The translations under genes and the position numbers were made by a program. A model generated the notes under the pieces. The model was not told the DNA's origin and ran no database searches. It saw only the letters and a program-made list of their open reading frames with translations. A DNA stretch of 52,055 bases, counting the filler, from Bipalium vagum (Eukaryota): the NCBI GenBank assembly GCA_037834085.1. It is 3 parts of 3 records of this genome, joined end to end, with 100 filler letters (N's around TTAATTAATTAA, not from the genome) between each part and the next. Parts side by side here need not be neighbours in the genome. Positions count along the whole stretch, not along the records: positions 35,955 to 52,055 come from JBBMKC010127154.1; 2 more parts are not named here. One strand, written 5' to 3'. This document shows positions 39,825 through 52,055 of this stretch, one piece after another (position 1 is the first letter of the stretch; every line of letters starts with the position of its first letter).

Positions 39825-39923
39825 AAGGTGATAAGGGATCAGGGTGTACTCATTATGTTATACAAGAACAATTTCATAGGTTGGATGGTATGTGGTGGAG
39901 ACCATATGAAGAGAATGCTAATG
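39825..39923 (+). CDS. DPP8/DPP9-like dipeptidyl peptidase, exon (beta-propeller, EE-helix region)
   Basis: AG|...|GT boundaries. Encodes GDKGSGCTHYVIQEQFHRLDGMWWRPYEENAN, compared with DPP9 [22 protein letters not shown]. Phase 1-1. Confidence 0.8.
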
Positions 39924-39992
39924 GTAATATTATTATTGATTTTTAATTAAATTTAGAATAATTTTTACTAATATTGATATTAGAAACGATAT

Positions 39993-39993
<1 letters not shown>

Positions 39994-40044
<51 letters not shown>
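39994..40044. repeat. (AAT)n microsatellite
   Basis: Perfect trinucleotide run. Similar tracts occur at ~17355-17403 and ~21075-21115. Confidence 0.9.
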
Positions 40045-40047
<3 letters not shown>

Positions 40048-40149
40048 TATTTTTCAAAATATTTAACATTTCAAAAATCACATTAATAAATTTTATTGCA
40101 CTAAACATATACATGGAAGTCTAACTATTGAAATACACTGATTAAAAGT

Positions 40150-41640
40150 CTTCTCGAGCTAATGCTTTTACCAAGAACCTATTCATATCACGAAAAATCT
40201 TGGCATTTTACTGGGTTCAGACTGAGAACGAACCATAAAACAATCACCTTCATGATGAGTACGAAGAAGCTGATCACGTCGCAATTCCAAATATGGATTA
40301 ATTACTTGAGCAGTCTTGACATTAAGTTCGAATACCGGAAGGTTTCGATACATACGAATGCAGATTTGTTATCTAGACCAATATGCGAAACATGTACTCA
40401 CTGCCAATTAGCGCATGAGGAGGCGAAGAAGGGATAGATCAAAGTTAGGTTGTTGAATGCAATAGGCGCAGAAGACGTTAAAAATGCAGAAAAAAACTTG
40501 ATAAAGAGGGTTGACTGAGAAGGTCGTGGAATATATGAAGGGGAAACATGATATAAAGTACGGATGGTATTGTCTGGGTGCGAAGCGTGCCAGAAGCATA
40601 AAGTTACATCGGCGAAAAAAGAGGCCACAGTGAAATTGGAAGTATTTGAAATGTTGGAGAACATTTATGTCGACATCTGCGGTCCCTTAACGGAAACCAG
40701 GAGGAAGAAGAAGTGCATCCTAGGTATAATAGATCAGTACGTTAAATATATCTGTTTAACTGTGGTAGGAATGCAGAACGAAGAGACGATTATAGATGTG
40801 ATAAAAAAGTTTGGTTTTTAAGTTTGGTAATTCCAAGACTATCAATGTGGATTGTTCAAAGACATTTGAGTCAAATAAGATGGCAGAGTTCGCGAAAAGT
40901 ATAAATACAGAACTATGATTTTCAAGCCCATATATCAAAACACTAATGGTTAGATCGAAAGGAAATTCAGAACTATTAGGGAGAGATTGAATTCGGCTAG
41001 AGCAGAGCAACGGAGAAATGATTGGGAGGAACTATTGCCAGAGGTCAAGTTTTCATTGAAAGCAACAACGCCCGGCGGAGATTGTTTTTGGCAGGCGCAT
41101 AGATAGAAAAAGATGGTATCCGTCGAAAGAGAAGGTGGATAGAACGGAATTGAAATGGATTACGAAAAGAAATTTTGAAATTGGTGACGAGGTCCTGGTC
41201 AAAGTGGAAACGAGGAACAAAGACCAGCAAAGATACAAAGGTCCATATCGAATTCAAAGGAAGATACGTGGAAGAAGGTATTTGTTAGAAGAATTCTGTA
41301 GAGGAAATTTGAAAAGTTAAAAAAAATTCTTGAGAGGGGGATATAAGGAGTGGTTCAAAAAATTAGTTTGCTTGAATTTTTTTAAATAAGGACCTCACGC
41401 CTAAATTAATAAATATTAGATGTTTTTAATTTGAAATTTTTAAAAATTATAAAGCTACGGTTTTTTAAATATTTAAAATGAATGTTAGTAAATTTTTATA
41501 AAGTAAATAATTTAGTTTTAAAAAAGGTGAAATCCATATTTGAAAAGTTTGTTTAAGTAATCGGATTTAATGAAATAAATTATTATTGGTTTGATTTTAT
41601 ATTATTATTAATAATGACAACACAAGAATATAACTGACAC
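40150..41640 (+). mobile_element. Gypsy RNase H/integrase remnant with PPT and probable 3' LTR
   Basis: LRTNHK, HTNADLLSR, CEACQ, VDICGPL, GPY motifs. PPT GAGAGGGGG at ~41332-41340. LTR end uncertain. Confidence 0.82.
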
Positions 41641-42013
41641 TCTGCATAATCACCGATACTATAATGCCTGCTTTTAGTGCTTCTTAAAATCGAGATTTAC
41701 CTATTAGGAATAGATTTCTTGCTTATCATCGTTATCAAAACAATATTTTATTGAATAATTAAATTTTTGCAATGTGTTAGAAAATTTATTAAGACATAAA
41801 ATTTTGTATTAATTATGAATTAATATTTTCCTCTTATAATTAATGATTTTCCTTATATTTTTCATTAAAATGGACTTTGATTATCTTGTCATTTATCTTC
41901 TTTGTGAAGTAAATAAGAAAAATAAGGAATACAAGTCTCAAGATCTGTCTTGGATAACTCTACATGACACTTGTTTAGAAAAATTTCATTTTAAAAATCA
42001 TCAAACAAATGTA

Positions 42014-43203
42014 ACCGGTGGCCAATAAAGAATGATAAATTGTTTAAATACATTATTTTTAAACTAAATAAATTTTAATTTGAATTATTAATTGATTTAA
42101 TTTATGCCAAGGTTTTTAATATCTTGCAAAATAAACATTCCTTATTTTAAGCAATATTTCTTTTAGATAATAACGTATGAGAGCTGTTTAAGAAATTTAA
42201 TAAAAACCCATTATGAAAATGGGAAAACACCGGAAGAAATTTATGAGCCTGTAAGAAAAATGGTACCAAAGTCCACTATTTATAGATGGACTAAACTAAT
42301 AAAAGATGGAAAATCATTACTTGCTCGAAATTCAAGAGGAACTATTGAAAATATTATACATAATGACTTGAGATTTAAGTGCTACAGGAAAGTGAAAGTT
42401 CCCTATCTATCTGAGTCCAAAATCAATAGACGAAAAACGTTCTTATGTTGGTTAAGAAAAAGATTTATTAAACATGCAGTGAACAAAATTATGTTTAGCG
42501 ATGAAAAATATTTTGATGCAGCTGGTCAGTTTAATCCATACAACGACGTCGTTTATGCTGTGTCCAAAAAAGATGCAAATTTAAAAGGTGGACTTTTTCC
42601 ACAGAGAAATATCCTTTGAAAGTGATGGTATGGGTTTGACTGACATATCAGGGTCCAACGAAACCTGTATTCTTACCGACAAAAACATCTTTTGATAAAA
42701 GATTTTATATATCAAATGTACTTCCAATCGTTACAAAATATGGAAGGGAGATCATTGGAAGCAATTTCATATATCAGCAGGATGGTGCTAGCTGTCACAG
42801 AAGCTAAGAAAAGATTGCGGTATTCAAAAAGACTGGTATTTCAATAATAGCTCCAAATCACTAGCCACCAGAGTCATCAGATCTCTGTCCTCGTGATTAT
42901 TTCTTTTGGGATGAAGTATCAAAGAGATTGAAAACAAAAAATTTGAAAATCGTACAAAACTGATTGAAAAAATTAAAGAAACAATTGCAGAAATTCCATT
43001 AAACATGATTCACCAAGCCATCGATTCCTTTCGACAAAGAGTTTTGGCCATATACAGGCACAAAGGAGGTTTAATAATAAACTATTTCAATTAAATAAAT
43101 TTTGATTTTATTCTTTATTAAATACTTTTAATTGAGCTAATTAACATTATGCTGTCTATGTCAAACGTCATTCAAAGAATTATCATTCTTTATTGGCCAC
43201 CGT
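42014..43203 (+). mobile_element. DD37D (maT) family transposon, decayed
   Basis: TIRs CGGTGGCCAATAAAGAATGATAA. FSDEK and QQDGA motifs, then exactly 37 codons to the third Asp (SDLCPRDYFFW). Internal stops. Confidence 0.88.
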
Positions 43204-43329
43204 TACTTATAAATATAAAAGTAGAATTAAAATATCATTTTTTCGAATTTCGACTATTTTAAGTTTTAAAATTTCTTAAAGGAGGGACAACACAGGATAT
43301 TGGTGCAATTGGAGTAAAAAAGGAGTTCA

Positions 43330-45144
43330 GAAATAACATTTGACAAAATGGATGGAAGAACAGGCATGTCTATAGGAATTAATGGCCAAAATTATGAATG
43401 TTTGTTGGATACTGGAACGAGAGTAAATGTCTTGAGTTGGAGATATTATGAATCCCTCAGTGAAATTAAATTAGAAAAACCAGGGGAACATCTTCGGTGC
43501 GCAGACAATAATAGATTAGATATCTTAGGGAGCATCATGACTACTGTACAGGTAGATGAGAAAATAGAGAAATTTTGTTTCATAGTTGCAGTTGCATTTG
43601 TTCCAGGCGTGATTGGAGGTATTGATCTCTAGACAAAATCTTGTTTAGAGCTGCAGTGGAAGAATACCATACAAGAAAAAAACAATGAAAGATACTAGAT
43701 TTGGAAGAATTATAAATAGTGAGGAACGTGAATTTGTTAAATGAATATGTTAAAGATTGACAAACAAAACAATGTTTTCATGGCAGATAATTGGGATATC
43801 GGGTGTACACATCTGGTAAAAGACAGAATTCAAACTCTGGAAGGCCCAACTAACAATAAATCTGGGCTTCAGCCAGTTCAGTTAGAAGAAAAGATCAATG
43901 AGACAATGAAGAAACTACTCGAAAATAATAACTCAGCTTGGAACTCCTCCTATGGTTTGTGTTTTGAAAAAGGAAAAGAAGGATATCAGGATTTGTCTAG
44001 ATTTCAGACATCTAAATGCCATAACTGTTAGACCAACGTACCCAATGCCAAATACTGAAGAAATGATGGATAGACTTGGGGGATCAAAATATTTTTCCTT
44101 AATCGATTTCGGAAACGCTTATTATTTGGTCGAACTTGATAAAGATTCTTAAGAAAAACGATATTTTCAATTATGAAAGTACAATTTTATTACAACCGAA
44201 TGCCATTCAGCATTGCAGCTTCCTCGGTCACTTTCCAAGAGCTTATGACAAAAGTGCTAAAAGACGTTGATCATTCAATGGTTTATGTTGAAGATATTTT
44301 CAGTTTCACTGGCAGTATTGAAGAACATTATATGGTATTAGAAGAGGTTCTCAACAAAATAATGAAAGCAGGATTCAAAGTAAATCCAGAAAAGTGGTAA
44401 GCCTTTTAGATCGGAAATAAAATTTCTAGGCCATGTGAGAAACCACACGGGCGTTCAGCTCGATCCGGCGTAAATTGAGGCTATTCAGACATTTGAGGTA
44501 CCAAAATGTGTCTAAGCAAAGAAAGCTTTTTAGGAATTTGCAATTATTATCGTCGCCAACATTTCAAGACCATTGGAACAATTGTGCGGAACAACAGAAA
44601 AGAAAATCATATGGTCAGTTCAGTGTAAACAGGTGTTTCAGAATTTAAAACCAGCTTTAACTAGCACACCAATGTTAAGATTTCCAGATTTGAAGCAGAC
44701 TTTATTTTGTACACAGATGCCAGTTTTGACGCGATCGGGGCTGTGTTGTCTCAAAAAGATGAATTCTGCAAGGTATTTGTAGTGACATATGGTTCACATG
44801 CATTGCGCAAGCATGAAGTTGAATATTGCATCACTCACAAAGAATTTTCGATATTAGAGGAAGAGTTTTGATAAAAGCTGAAAATAGAAGGAAAATGGAT
44901 GATCGTTTTTGGGACCATTCACAATGATAGAAAAAATACCTCAAAGGAGATATAAAATCCGAGATGAGCTAGGTCAAAACCATGGAGCGTAATGTGGAGA
45001 AGATCCGAAAGCTGTTTTTCGAGTGGAGATGTTTGATAATAATGTGCTTATATAATTGATTTTTGATAAATAAACAGTTTTAAAAAGCAGTTTAGTGTTC
45101 TTCACTTAATGCTTAATTTAAGGAAGAATCCATTAAACCTATCA
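43330..45144 (+). mobile_element. Gypsy pol remnant (protease, RT, RNase H) with PPT and probable LTR
   Basis: LLDTG, RICLDFR.LN, RMPF, YVED and TDAS motifs. Purine tract AGAGGAAGAG at ~44855-44865. Confidence 0.85.
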
Positions 45145-45212
45145 TAAATAAAGAATAATTATTTTTAGAATTTAGGATGTGTTTTGATCTGATAATATTT
45201 ATTATACTTTAG

Positions 45213-45320
45213 AGTATCATTTATTAATCGAAGAATATGATGAAAGTTCCGTTGAAAAATTAGTTATTTCGTGCTATTCATTTGATTTTGAAAATGAAGA
45301 ATATCGTTATCCCCAACCTG
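45213..45320 (+). CDS. DPP8/DPP9-like exon
   Basis: Encodes EYHLLIEEYDESSVEKLVISCYSFDFENEEYRYPQP, compared with DPP9 LRILYEEVDESEVE...DSYRYPRTG. Phase 1-1, canonical splice sites. Confidence 0.82.
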
Positions 45321-45709
45321 GTAGGCATTTTATTACTATCAGAATTTTTTTATTGTATTTTAAAAATATAATAATAATAATTAAAATTATCAAACGTCAT
45401 TGGTTATTATTTTATCATTTAAATATTTTTGTAATAAATATTTTATTATTAATTCAATTTTATTTTTTCAAAATCAAAAACATTTTGGTATTTTATAAAC
45501 TTTTTGAAGCAACTATTTAGTATTTTCTATTCAATTTAGAAAATTTCCAAAATAATTATTGAACACTATTTTTCTTACCATAATTGAGTTTTATTTGATA
45601 AGTGAATACAAAAAAGTACCGGTATTTTGTGTTTTGAAATGAAAATACAGTCTAACCTGTTAATAGCAAATCCTCTTGATAATGAACATTATCATTAAAA
45701 AATGAAATA

Positions 45710-47342
45710 CGGTCCATAAAAAAGTTAACATCTTAAAATTTTCAAGAATTTGTTATTTAAACTGTTATAAAATTAAAAATTTTTAAGATAATGAGAAACG
45801 GTTTTTTACATGTTGTAGAACACTAGTAACTAAAGCCAGTACAGAAATTTAAAATTATTTTCATGTAGAACAGTGTTGATACAGGGTGTTTCATAAGTAA
45901 CTGACATTTTTTAAATGAATGATTTATTATTAAATTTTTAATTCTTGGAATCATATATATTCATCATATCATAAAATATCAGCATGAAAAATTACACAAT
46001 AAAAGAACGTGTGACAAAAATCTGTTATTTCAGGTATTTATTAAAGGTTAATTATTGAAATAAGTTTAATAATGTTATTTAATTTTACTTCAAAATGAAA
46101 TTCGTTCAAATTTCAAATTATTTGGTTTGAAAATTGCAAATTCAAAAATTGGACAATTTTTTTTATTTTTATAATACTGAAGATATTTTTAAAATTCACT
46201 ATAAAGTATCTTTATCTTATGGTTAAGAGATATATAGTAATGAGTTCCACACGTGGCTATCAACTATCAAATGAAAACCGTTCAAAGGTATGTGCATATC
46301 GCGACTCAGAGTTTTCCTATAGACAGATAAGTAGCGTGATGTTGAAAGATTATTTTAAAAGAATGTACAACTGGAACTGTAAGGAGAACAAACGCTAGTG
46401 GTAGGTCATTGAAATCGGCGATGTTTAAAAATGTTGGCTTTGAAAAATGGAAAAATATCAAGACGTTTCCTATTTTCAGAATTTGAAAAACATAAGCCAA
46501 ACGAAAATTTCTCGTCGGTGCAGACTTCGGGCTTAGGTTCCATAGATGCCTTTGCAAACTGATGTTGACTCTTGCTTATATTCACAAAAGAATGATTAGG
46601 ATAAGAAATATGAAAATGAAACATTTGAGTATTGGAGATCAGTGATTCAGTCTGACGAATATAGATTTTGTTTATTGTCAGATCCACCAGAAATATGTAT
46701 CAGAAGATCAAATGAAGCCTTCCTACCGAAATGTCTTGCAAAAACATGGAAATTTTATGATAGGATTATTGTTTGTGACTGCTTCAGTCATAAAGGTGTG
46801 GGAGTACTTGTAAATGTCACAGATCAAAATATAAATGCCACATGTTACCAAGAGATTTTGAAGAATGATTTGTTTCAATCTATTTCTAGACTGCATCCAG
46901 ATCATGAATGTCTATTTCAACAAGATAATGGACCATGACATAAAGCAAAATCGGTGAAAATGTGGCTGGAACAAAAATCGATATTTGTTATCCCGGATTG
47001 GCCACCACAATCTCCAGATTTAAATCCGGATGAACATATATAGAACTATATTAATAGAGGAATTCATGGAAAAAGTTATTAAAAACAAAGAAGATCTTTG
47101 GGAGCTGGTCAGGTCAGAATGGGTAGCAATTTCACAAGAATTCATCAATAACCTGATTAGGAGTATACATACTCGTTTGAAGGAAGTAATCAAATTGCGC
47201 GGTGGATCTTCAAAATATTGAACATATTTTTAATGCATTGCATTGGTAAATAAATATTCCATAACATGAGAAAAAATTGTTTTATAGCAGTTTTAATACT
47301 AAATTTTTGAAAATTTTAAGGTGTTAACTTTTTTATGGACCA
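45710..47342 (+). mobile_element. Tc1 (DD34E-type) element with TIRs, decayed
   Basis: TIR GGTCCATAAAAAAGTTAACA.CTTAAAATTTTCAA at both ends. Motifs SDEYRF, FQQDNGP, WPPQSPDLNPDE. Confidence 0.88.
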
Positions 47343-47664
47343 TTATTTATAAAGTCGAACCCACTTAATATCATGTCATCCGTTCCACAGAAAACAATGA
47401 TAATAAGCGGGTGAATAATAATAACCGATATTAGGTTAATGCTGTGCTTTTTGTTACTAATTGATATTGAGAAGAAAAATTATAAAAGCAACTAAATTTT
47501 ATTTATTTATAAATGTCTATTTTTTCACATGTAATGTCTGTAGGTTTTCTTTTTTCAGTCATTTTAAGAATAAAATCATAAATTATTAAATATTAAATAA
47601 ATTAACAAAAGATAACAATGAACTTGTGTGATTTCATTAGTTAAAAATTATTCCAAATATGTAT

Positions 47665-47778
47665 TGTTAGTGAAAATTAATTGGAGATACCGGGATTCGA
47701 ACCCGGGACCTTCACATGCGCATGCACTGCTCTGACCGCTGAGCTACATCCCCCGACTAATTTTCAATATATCTCACA
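47665..47778 (-). mobile_element. Solo LTR of the tRNA-Ala TRIM family
   Basis: 114-bp TGTTAG...CTCACA copy of the LTRs at 4460/4703, flanked by TSD TGTAT (47660-47664 and 47779-47783). Inserted inside a Tigger-like MITE. Confidence 0.9.
47682..47753 (-). tRNA. tRNA-Ala-like sequence (CGC at the anticodon position) inside the solo LTR; probably not a decoding tRNA
   Basis: Minus strand reads GGGGATGTAGCTCAGCGGTCAGAGCAGTGCATGCGCATGTGAAGGTCCCGGGTTCGAATCCCGGTATCTCCA. Acceptor stem has G3:U70, D arm is GCTC/GAGC, T arm is perfect (CCGGG-TTCGAAT-CCCGG), A and B boxes intact. The anticodon arm is non-canonical. Confidence 0.7.
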
Positions 47779-48099
47779 TGTATTATTAAAACAATAAGAA
47801 AAAAAGTGATATAACCAAGTTTCAGAACATAAGCTGTAGCACATTTTCGTGATATTATCCGTGTTTTGACATTAACCGAAGTAATATAAAATAGTTTAAT
47901 ACATTAAATTTACATAACTATTGGTAATTGGTTTTCAGCACACCATGATATTAAACTGGTCATGATATTATCCGATGTGATATTAAAGGGTCGGACTGTA
48001 TATAATTTGTGTATTTTAATAATTAATTAAAAAAAATGAAACTTTATCCATAAAATTATTTATTTCAGGTTTTATTAACCATAAAACATTTTATTCTAC

Positions 48100-48722
48100 T
48101 GTTACAGGGTTATGCAGAAATATATAGAAAATTAATCAGAAATATATATATTTCATAACAAATACACGAGTGGAAATTAGCACTAAATAAATTCTTGTCT
48201 CGCTAAGGCCTTTTCTATAAACCACCTCATGTTGCGAAAATAACCACTTAAATCGATACTGTCATGCATGAGTACTTTGGTAATCAATTCTTTTAAATTG
48301 TCACGATCTATAAAGGTTCTCATAAAGAATGATACATGTATTTGCAACTTAAAGCTGCTGAAAAACTCTTTGATCGGGTTTAGTTGAGGCGAGTATGGTG
48401 GCAGAAACTTCTGGTTTCATTACTAGTATGGTCATAACTTCTGGCTTGGTGTAAGTTGACTACTGTTTCATCAGAGTTACCAGCTTACAATTTTCAATGT
48501 ACTCAATGTCTCTCGCATAAAGCTGTCAACCCTCAATATTTTTTCTATTATTTCTGTCTTCGGGAACTCTGACTAATCGCTTTCTGATATAATTTATGTC
48601 AGGTAAAATTCTTAATACAGTACTTTGGCTGACTAAAATGCGAGCAAATTCAAATAGAATGATTAAACAAATTAAATAATTTGTTAAATGTCAAATGAGA
48701 TATCTGTATAACTCATTAAACA
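48100..48722 (-). mobile_element. Tc1/IS630-like deletion derivative
   Basis: Minus strand reads FLPPYSPQLNPIKEFF. Imperfect TIRs GGTTATGCAGAAAT / ATATCTGTATAACT. Confidence 0.65.
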
Positions 48723-48799
48723 GATCGCAACTGAATATAATAAGTAATAATTTAAGCTATACTACTTTTAATGATCATTTATTTTTATTGTTATATCAG

Positions 48800-48864
48800 G
48801 TAAACTTAATGCTAAGTCCACTCTAAAAATACTGAAAATCAGGACGGATTCAATTATTGATAAC
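48800..48864 (+). CDS. DPP8/DPP9-like exon
   Basis: Encodes GKLNAKSTLKILKIRTDSIIDN (compare G.KNPK..LK). Phase 1-0, donor GTAAGA. Confidence 0.75.
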
Positions 48865-48913
48865 GTAAGATATTGAACAGCTCATAATTCACAATTAATA
48901 TATATAATTCTAG

Positions 48914-49014
48914 CAGATTCATTGTGATATATTGGAGCTTAATTGTGATCATTTGGAAAATTTTCCCAAATACGAATATTTAACTCACGCCGGTTGGACA
49001 TCGGATGGACAATT
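48914..49014 (+). CDS. DPP8/DPP9-like exon
   Basis: Follows a 49-bp intron. Encodes ...ENFPKYEYLTHAGWTSDGQ, compared with DPP9 LFPKVEYIARAGWTRDGK. NAGNAG acceptor (48914 or 48917). Confidence 0.82.
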
Positions 49015-49029
49015 GTAATTATAAATAGT

Positions 49030-51400
49030 AAATCCATTGTTATCTCAACAGGATATTTTGGGATTCAAATCAAACGATATATATCGACAGAAGCTCTAAT
49101 GAAGCCGAAAGATGGTTGAAAGATATTGAGGAATAGATCAGTATAAATGACTTAGGCCTATTCGGTGTATTTGATCTGCTATTATCCGACGAAGCCTCAA
49201 CCTTATGGAAGAGTTTCAATACAGAAGCAACAACAAATGAAGAAGCAAAGTCGTGGGTTGATGACACGTTTATGGAGAAGAAACCAATAACCAATTTAAT
49301 TTTCGAATTGACAGAAGTTAGACAAAACTCGGATGAATGATTTTCAGCTTTTGAAATTCTTATTAGGAATCTAATAAGAATTATTTAATTCTGAACTGTC
49401 CCAAGAAGAGATCATTACCGAATTTTTAAAAAAACGAGCTAGAAGTGCTGGAATTCAAGATGCTCTTGTTTCGAAACAGAACGCCAAAGTCAAAGATATC
49501 AGAGGTATGGCTAAACTATATGAAACATGGGAATGAAAAATGGACCAGAAGAAGGAATTTCTAGTCAATGTCGTAAGACAAAGAAGCTATATAAAACAGT
49601 TCAAAGAAAATTTCCCAAAGAATTTCAGCCGAAACGTGCTGATACATCTGCGTACAATCAAGTTACTCAAAGGACAAATTTGACCTCTATTCCTATTATT
49701 AAAGAAGCGTAGAAAGAATATCGAAGAGGTGACGAATTTAGAAGACAACAAAGACGAGAAGATAAACCAACATATTCGGAGAAACGAGAAGCACGACAAT
49801 TCTCTACCAACCATATAGCCAGACAATTTTACAACAGATATAAAGGTATTCCAGCACCGGGAGATGAATATCTGTGGTGGAATCAATGTTTTTGTTGCGG
49901 TGGTGACGATCATGTGCGAATGCATTGTCCACTGAAAAACAAATGTCTGATTTGTGGAAAAGATGGGCACCTCTTCCATTCATGCCCGATATTGAATTCA
50001 AATCAGAGAATTCCAAGAAGATCCGTGATGTGCATTCATGATGATGTAGAAGATGATTCATGAAACCAAGACGATGCTTATGAGTCAGATGAAGTAAAAA
50101 ACCAGGCCGACCTCTTTGCTCACATTTCGTCTGTGGGGTTGACCTATTAAGATCATCACTAAATCGGAATGTGTCATGCTAAGATGCTCGAGACAGCGGA
50201 TGGCAGACAGTGGAGTTGGATGAATATAAGAGGCATGAAGATCGAAATTTTGTGGGATTCCGGAGCCTCAGTTACTGTGATGAACGAAAATAGTTGAAAC
50301 AAATTTCGGAATCCACGTCTAGTGGAAAGAAAAATTTTGTTGAGTAGCGTATTTTCGTCTGGAGGAGAAGACCACTTGAATCGTTATAAGTAAATATCTC
50401 TTGGAAGGGAAAGAAGATCGAAGTTGATATTATTGTCGTAAAGAAGCTGCAGCCCGACTTTATTGGAGGTGTCGACATTATGAAGAATTGTGTGTGGGAA
50501 ATAATATTGAAGAAAAAGAACAATGCCATTTTGGAGCAGTTTGCTAAGATCATTATTGACCATTTTAGTAAACTAGTAAGTCTATGCGCGATGTCCAAAC
50601 TTGATGATCAATCAATCTTCAAGGCTATAATGAACAATTGGATTTATAGATTTTGCAAGCCGAAGAGTATTTTAACAGATCTAGGAAAGAACTTTGAGAG
50701 TTCTTGAATTCAACAAAAATGAAGAAACCTCAATATCGAGTGTGAATTCAGTTCACTTTACCAGCACCAGTCCAATGATTCTAGATATGATAAGAAAATC
50801 TCTAAAGAGCGGTTTTCAAGAAAAAGATTGGCACGAATTGCTCCCAAGGATTGAGTTTAGTATGAATGCTACTCAGCAAAGCTTAACATAGTTTTCTTCA
50901 TTTGAGATTGTGTTGGACTACAAAGTCAATCTTCATTCTGGCAGCCGTGACCAAACCTATCCAGATACAGAGATCATTAGAGAAACTCGAAGAAACTTAG
51001 ATGTTGCAGCGGATAAAATGAATAACTTCGAAACGGATATTAGAGGTCGACGTGAATTTCCAATTGGAGAAGGAGTATTGCTACTGAAAGAGTCACAAAA
51101 CAGAGAGAAGAATGATTTCCAATATGAAGGTCCACACAAGATCACAAACTTCCTATCCTCATCAATTTGAACTGACAGGTCCAGGAGGAATCAAACTGAG
51201 AAGAATTGAGTGGCTAAAGAAGAATGGCATCAGTCTTAATTGAAGCGGGAGTTACATCTTAAGTATTTATGTTTTGTTTAAATAGATACTTTTATAACTC
51301 TGATGTCTTTTCAATGTGTAGTAAAGAAGAACTAATTCCTTTAATCGGAATACTTTTTATTAATACCGTTAATAAATTTAATATCACTTGTTTTAATTAA
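49030..51400 (+). mobile_element. Gypsy remnant (gag with two CCHC knuckles, protease, integrase; RT deleted)
   Basis: CFCCGGDDHVRMHC and CLICGKDGHLFHSC knuckles, LWDSGA protease, IIDHFSK...ILTDLGKNFES, YEGP. PPT-like GAAGCGGGAG at ~51242. Confidence 0.8.
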
Positions 51401-52055
51401 AAAATGATGTTTTTTCGAAATTAAGTAATTTTAATTTTCACTAATGAGTTTTGACTTACCACGATTCATTTATCTTATCTATTAATCTGCCAAATTACAT
51501 GCGGACGATTCTCCATGGTTATACCTGACTATTGCAATCTTAAAGCGACCTGTCGTGTTCTTTTATTTTTAAAGTGGTTCAACCACTGTCTTCAGTTTTA
51601 TCCAACATCTCTCATCGTTTCGTGTGTGGTGACATCTTTAGACCTTTATTTTTCTGTGTGAAATGTTTAACTCATATCTTAGATTGACGTTTAATAATAA
51701 GATTACCTCCAATATCTCAAAATACTTTAGTAAATTCTAGAAAAAATATCGGAAAATAAGAGGATCATTCCATTTCTTCCAATATTAATTCTAACTTTTC
51801 TAAAACGGATTTTCAAGAGTTTGCATTTATTCAAAAAATATTGAAATATTCGATTTTATTGTGAATATATTGCAGATTCTCTTTACATTGCAGTTAGAAA
51901 ATAAGTTAAAAGCATTAATAATCATTTTTCATGTGAATTATAAATAATATAAATAAAATGAGATATTTGAGTTTTTTTTTTTTGTGAAATTTGAGTGCTA
52001 AAATGTGAAATCCGATCAATTCAGATCAATACAAATACAGTATTTTTGAAATCTG

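Larger units (their letters stand above)
47352..47998. mobile_element. Non-coding Tigger-like MITE of the same family as 9062-9954
   Basis: Shares its 5' ~150 bp and its 3' end with 9062-9954. TA-flanked. Hosts the solo LTR. Confidence 0.78.

Overview
AT-rich eukaryotic (invertebrate animal) genomic DNA from a draft assembly. The tiny 49-bp intron and the transposon mix would fit a free-living flatworm, but this is inference. Two artificial 100-nt joins (44 N + TTAATTAATTAA + 44 N) and one plain N gap mean synteny across ~16.3 kb and ~35.6-35.9 kb is unreliable. Host genes: a two-exon XRN2/Rat1 5'-3' exoribonuclease (minus strand, ~1099 aa); one clear SLC4A11-like exon with possible upstream exons; four spliced exons of a divergent DPP8/9-like peptidase that the ORF track misses; and a small family of intronless secreted proteins (two full genes plus one partial duplicate). 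Most of the rest is decayed transposons: mariner, Tc1, DD37D/maT, pogo/Tigger, Chapaev3-like, Gypsy, an RLE-type (NeSL-like) LINE and MITEs. The most striking element is a 358-bp miniature LTR retrotransposon (TRIM) at 4460-4817. Each of its 115-bp TG...CA LTRs carries a tRNA-Ala-like gene, and it has a PBS, a PPT and a 5-bp TSD. An independently inserted solo LTR of the same family, with its own 5-bp TSD, lies at 47665-47778.
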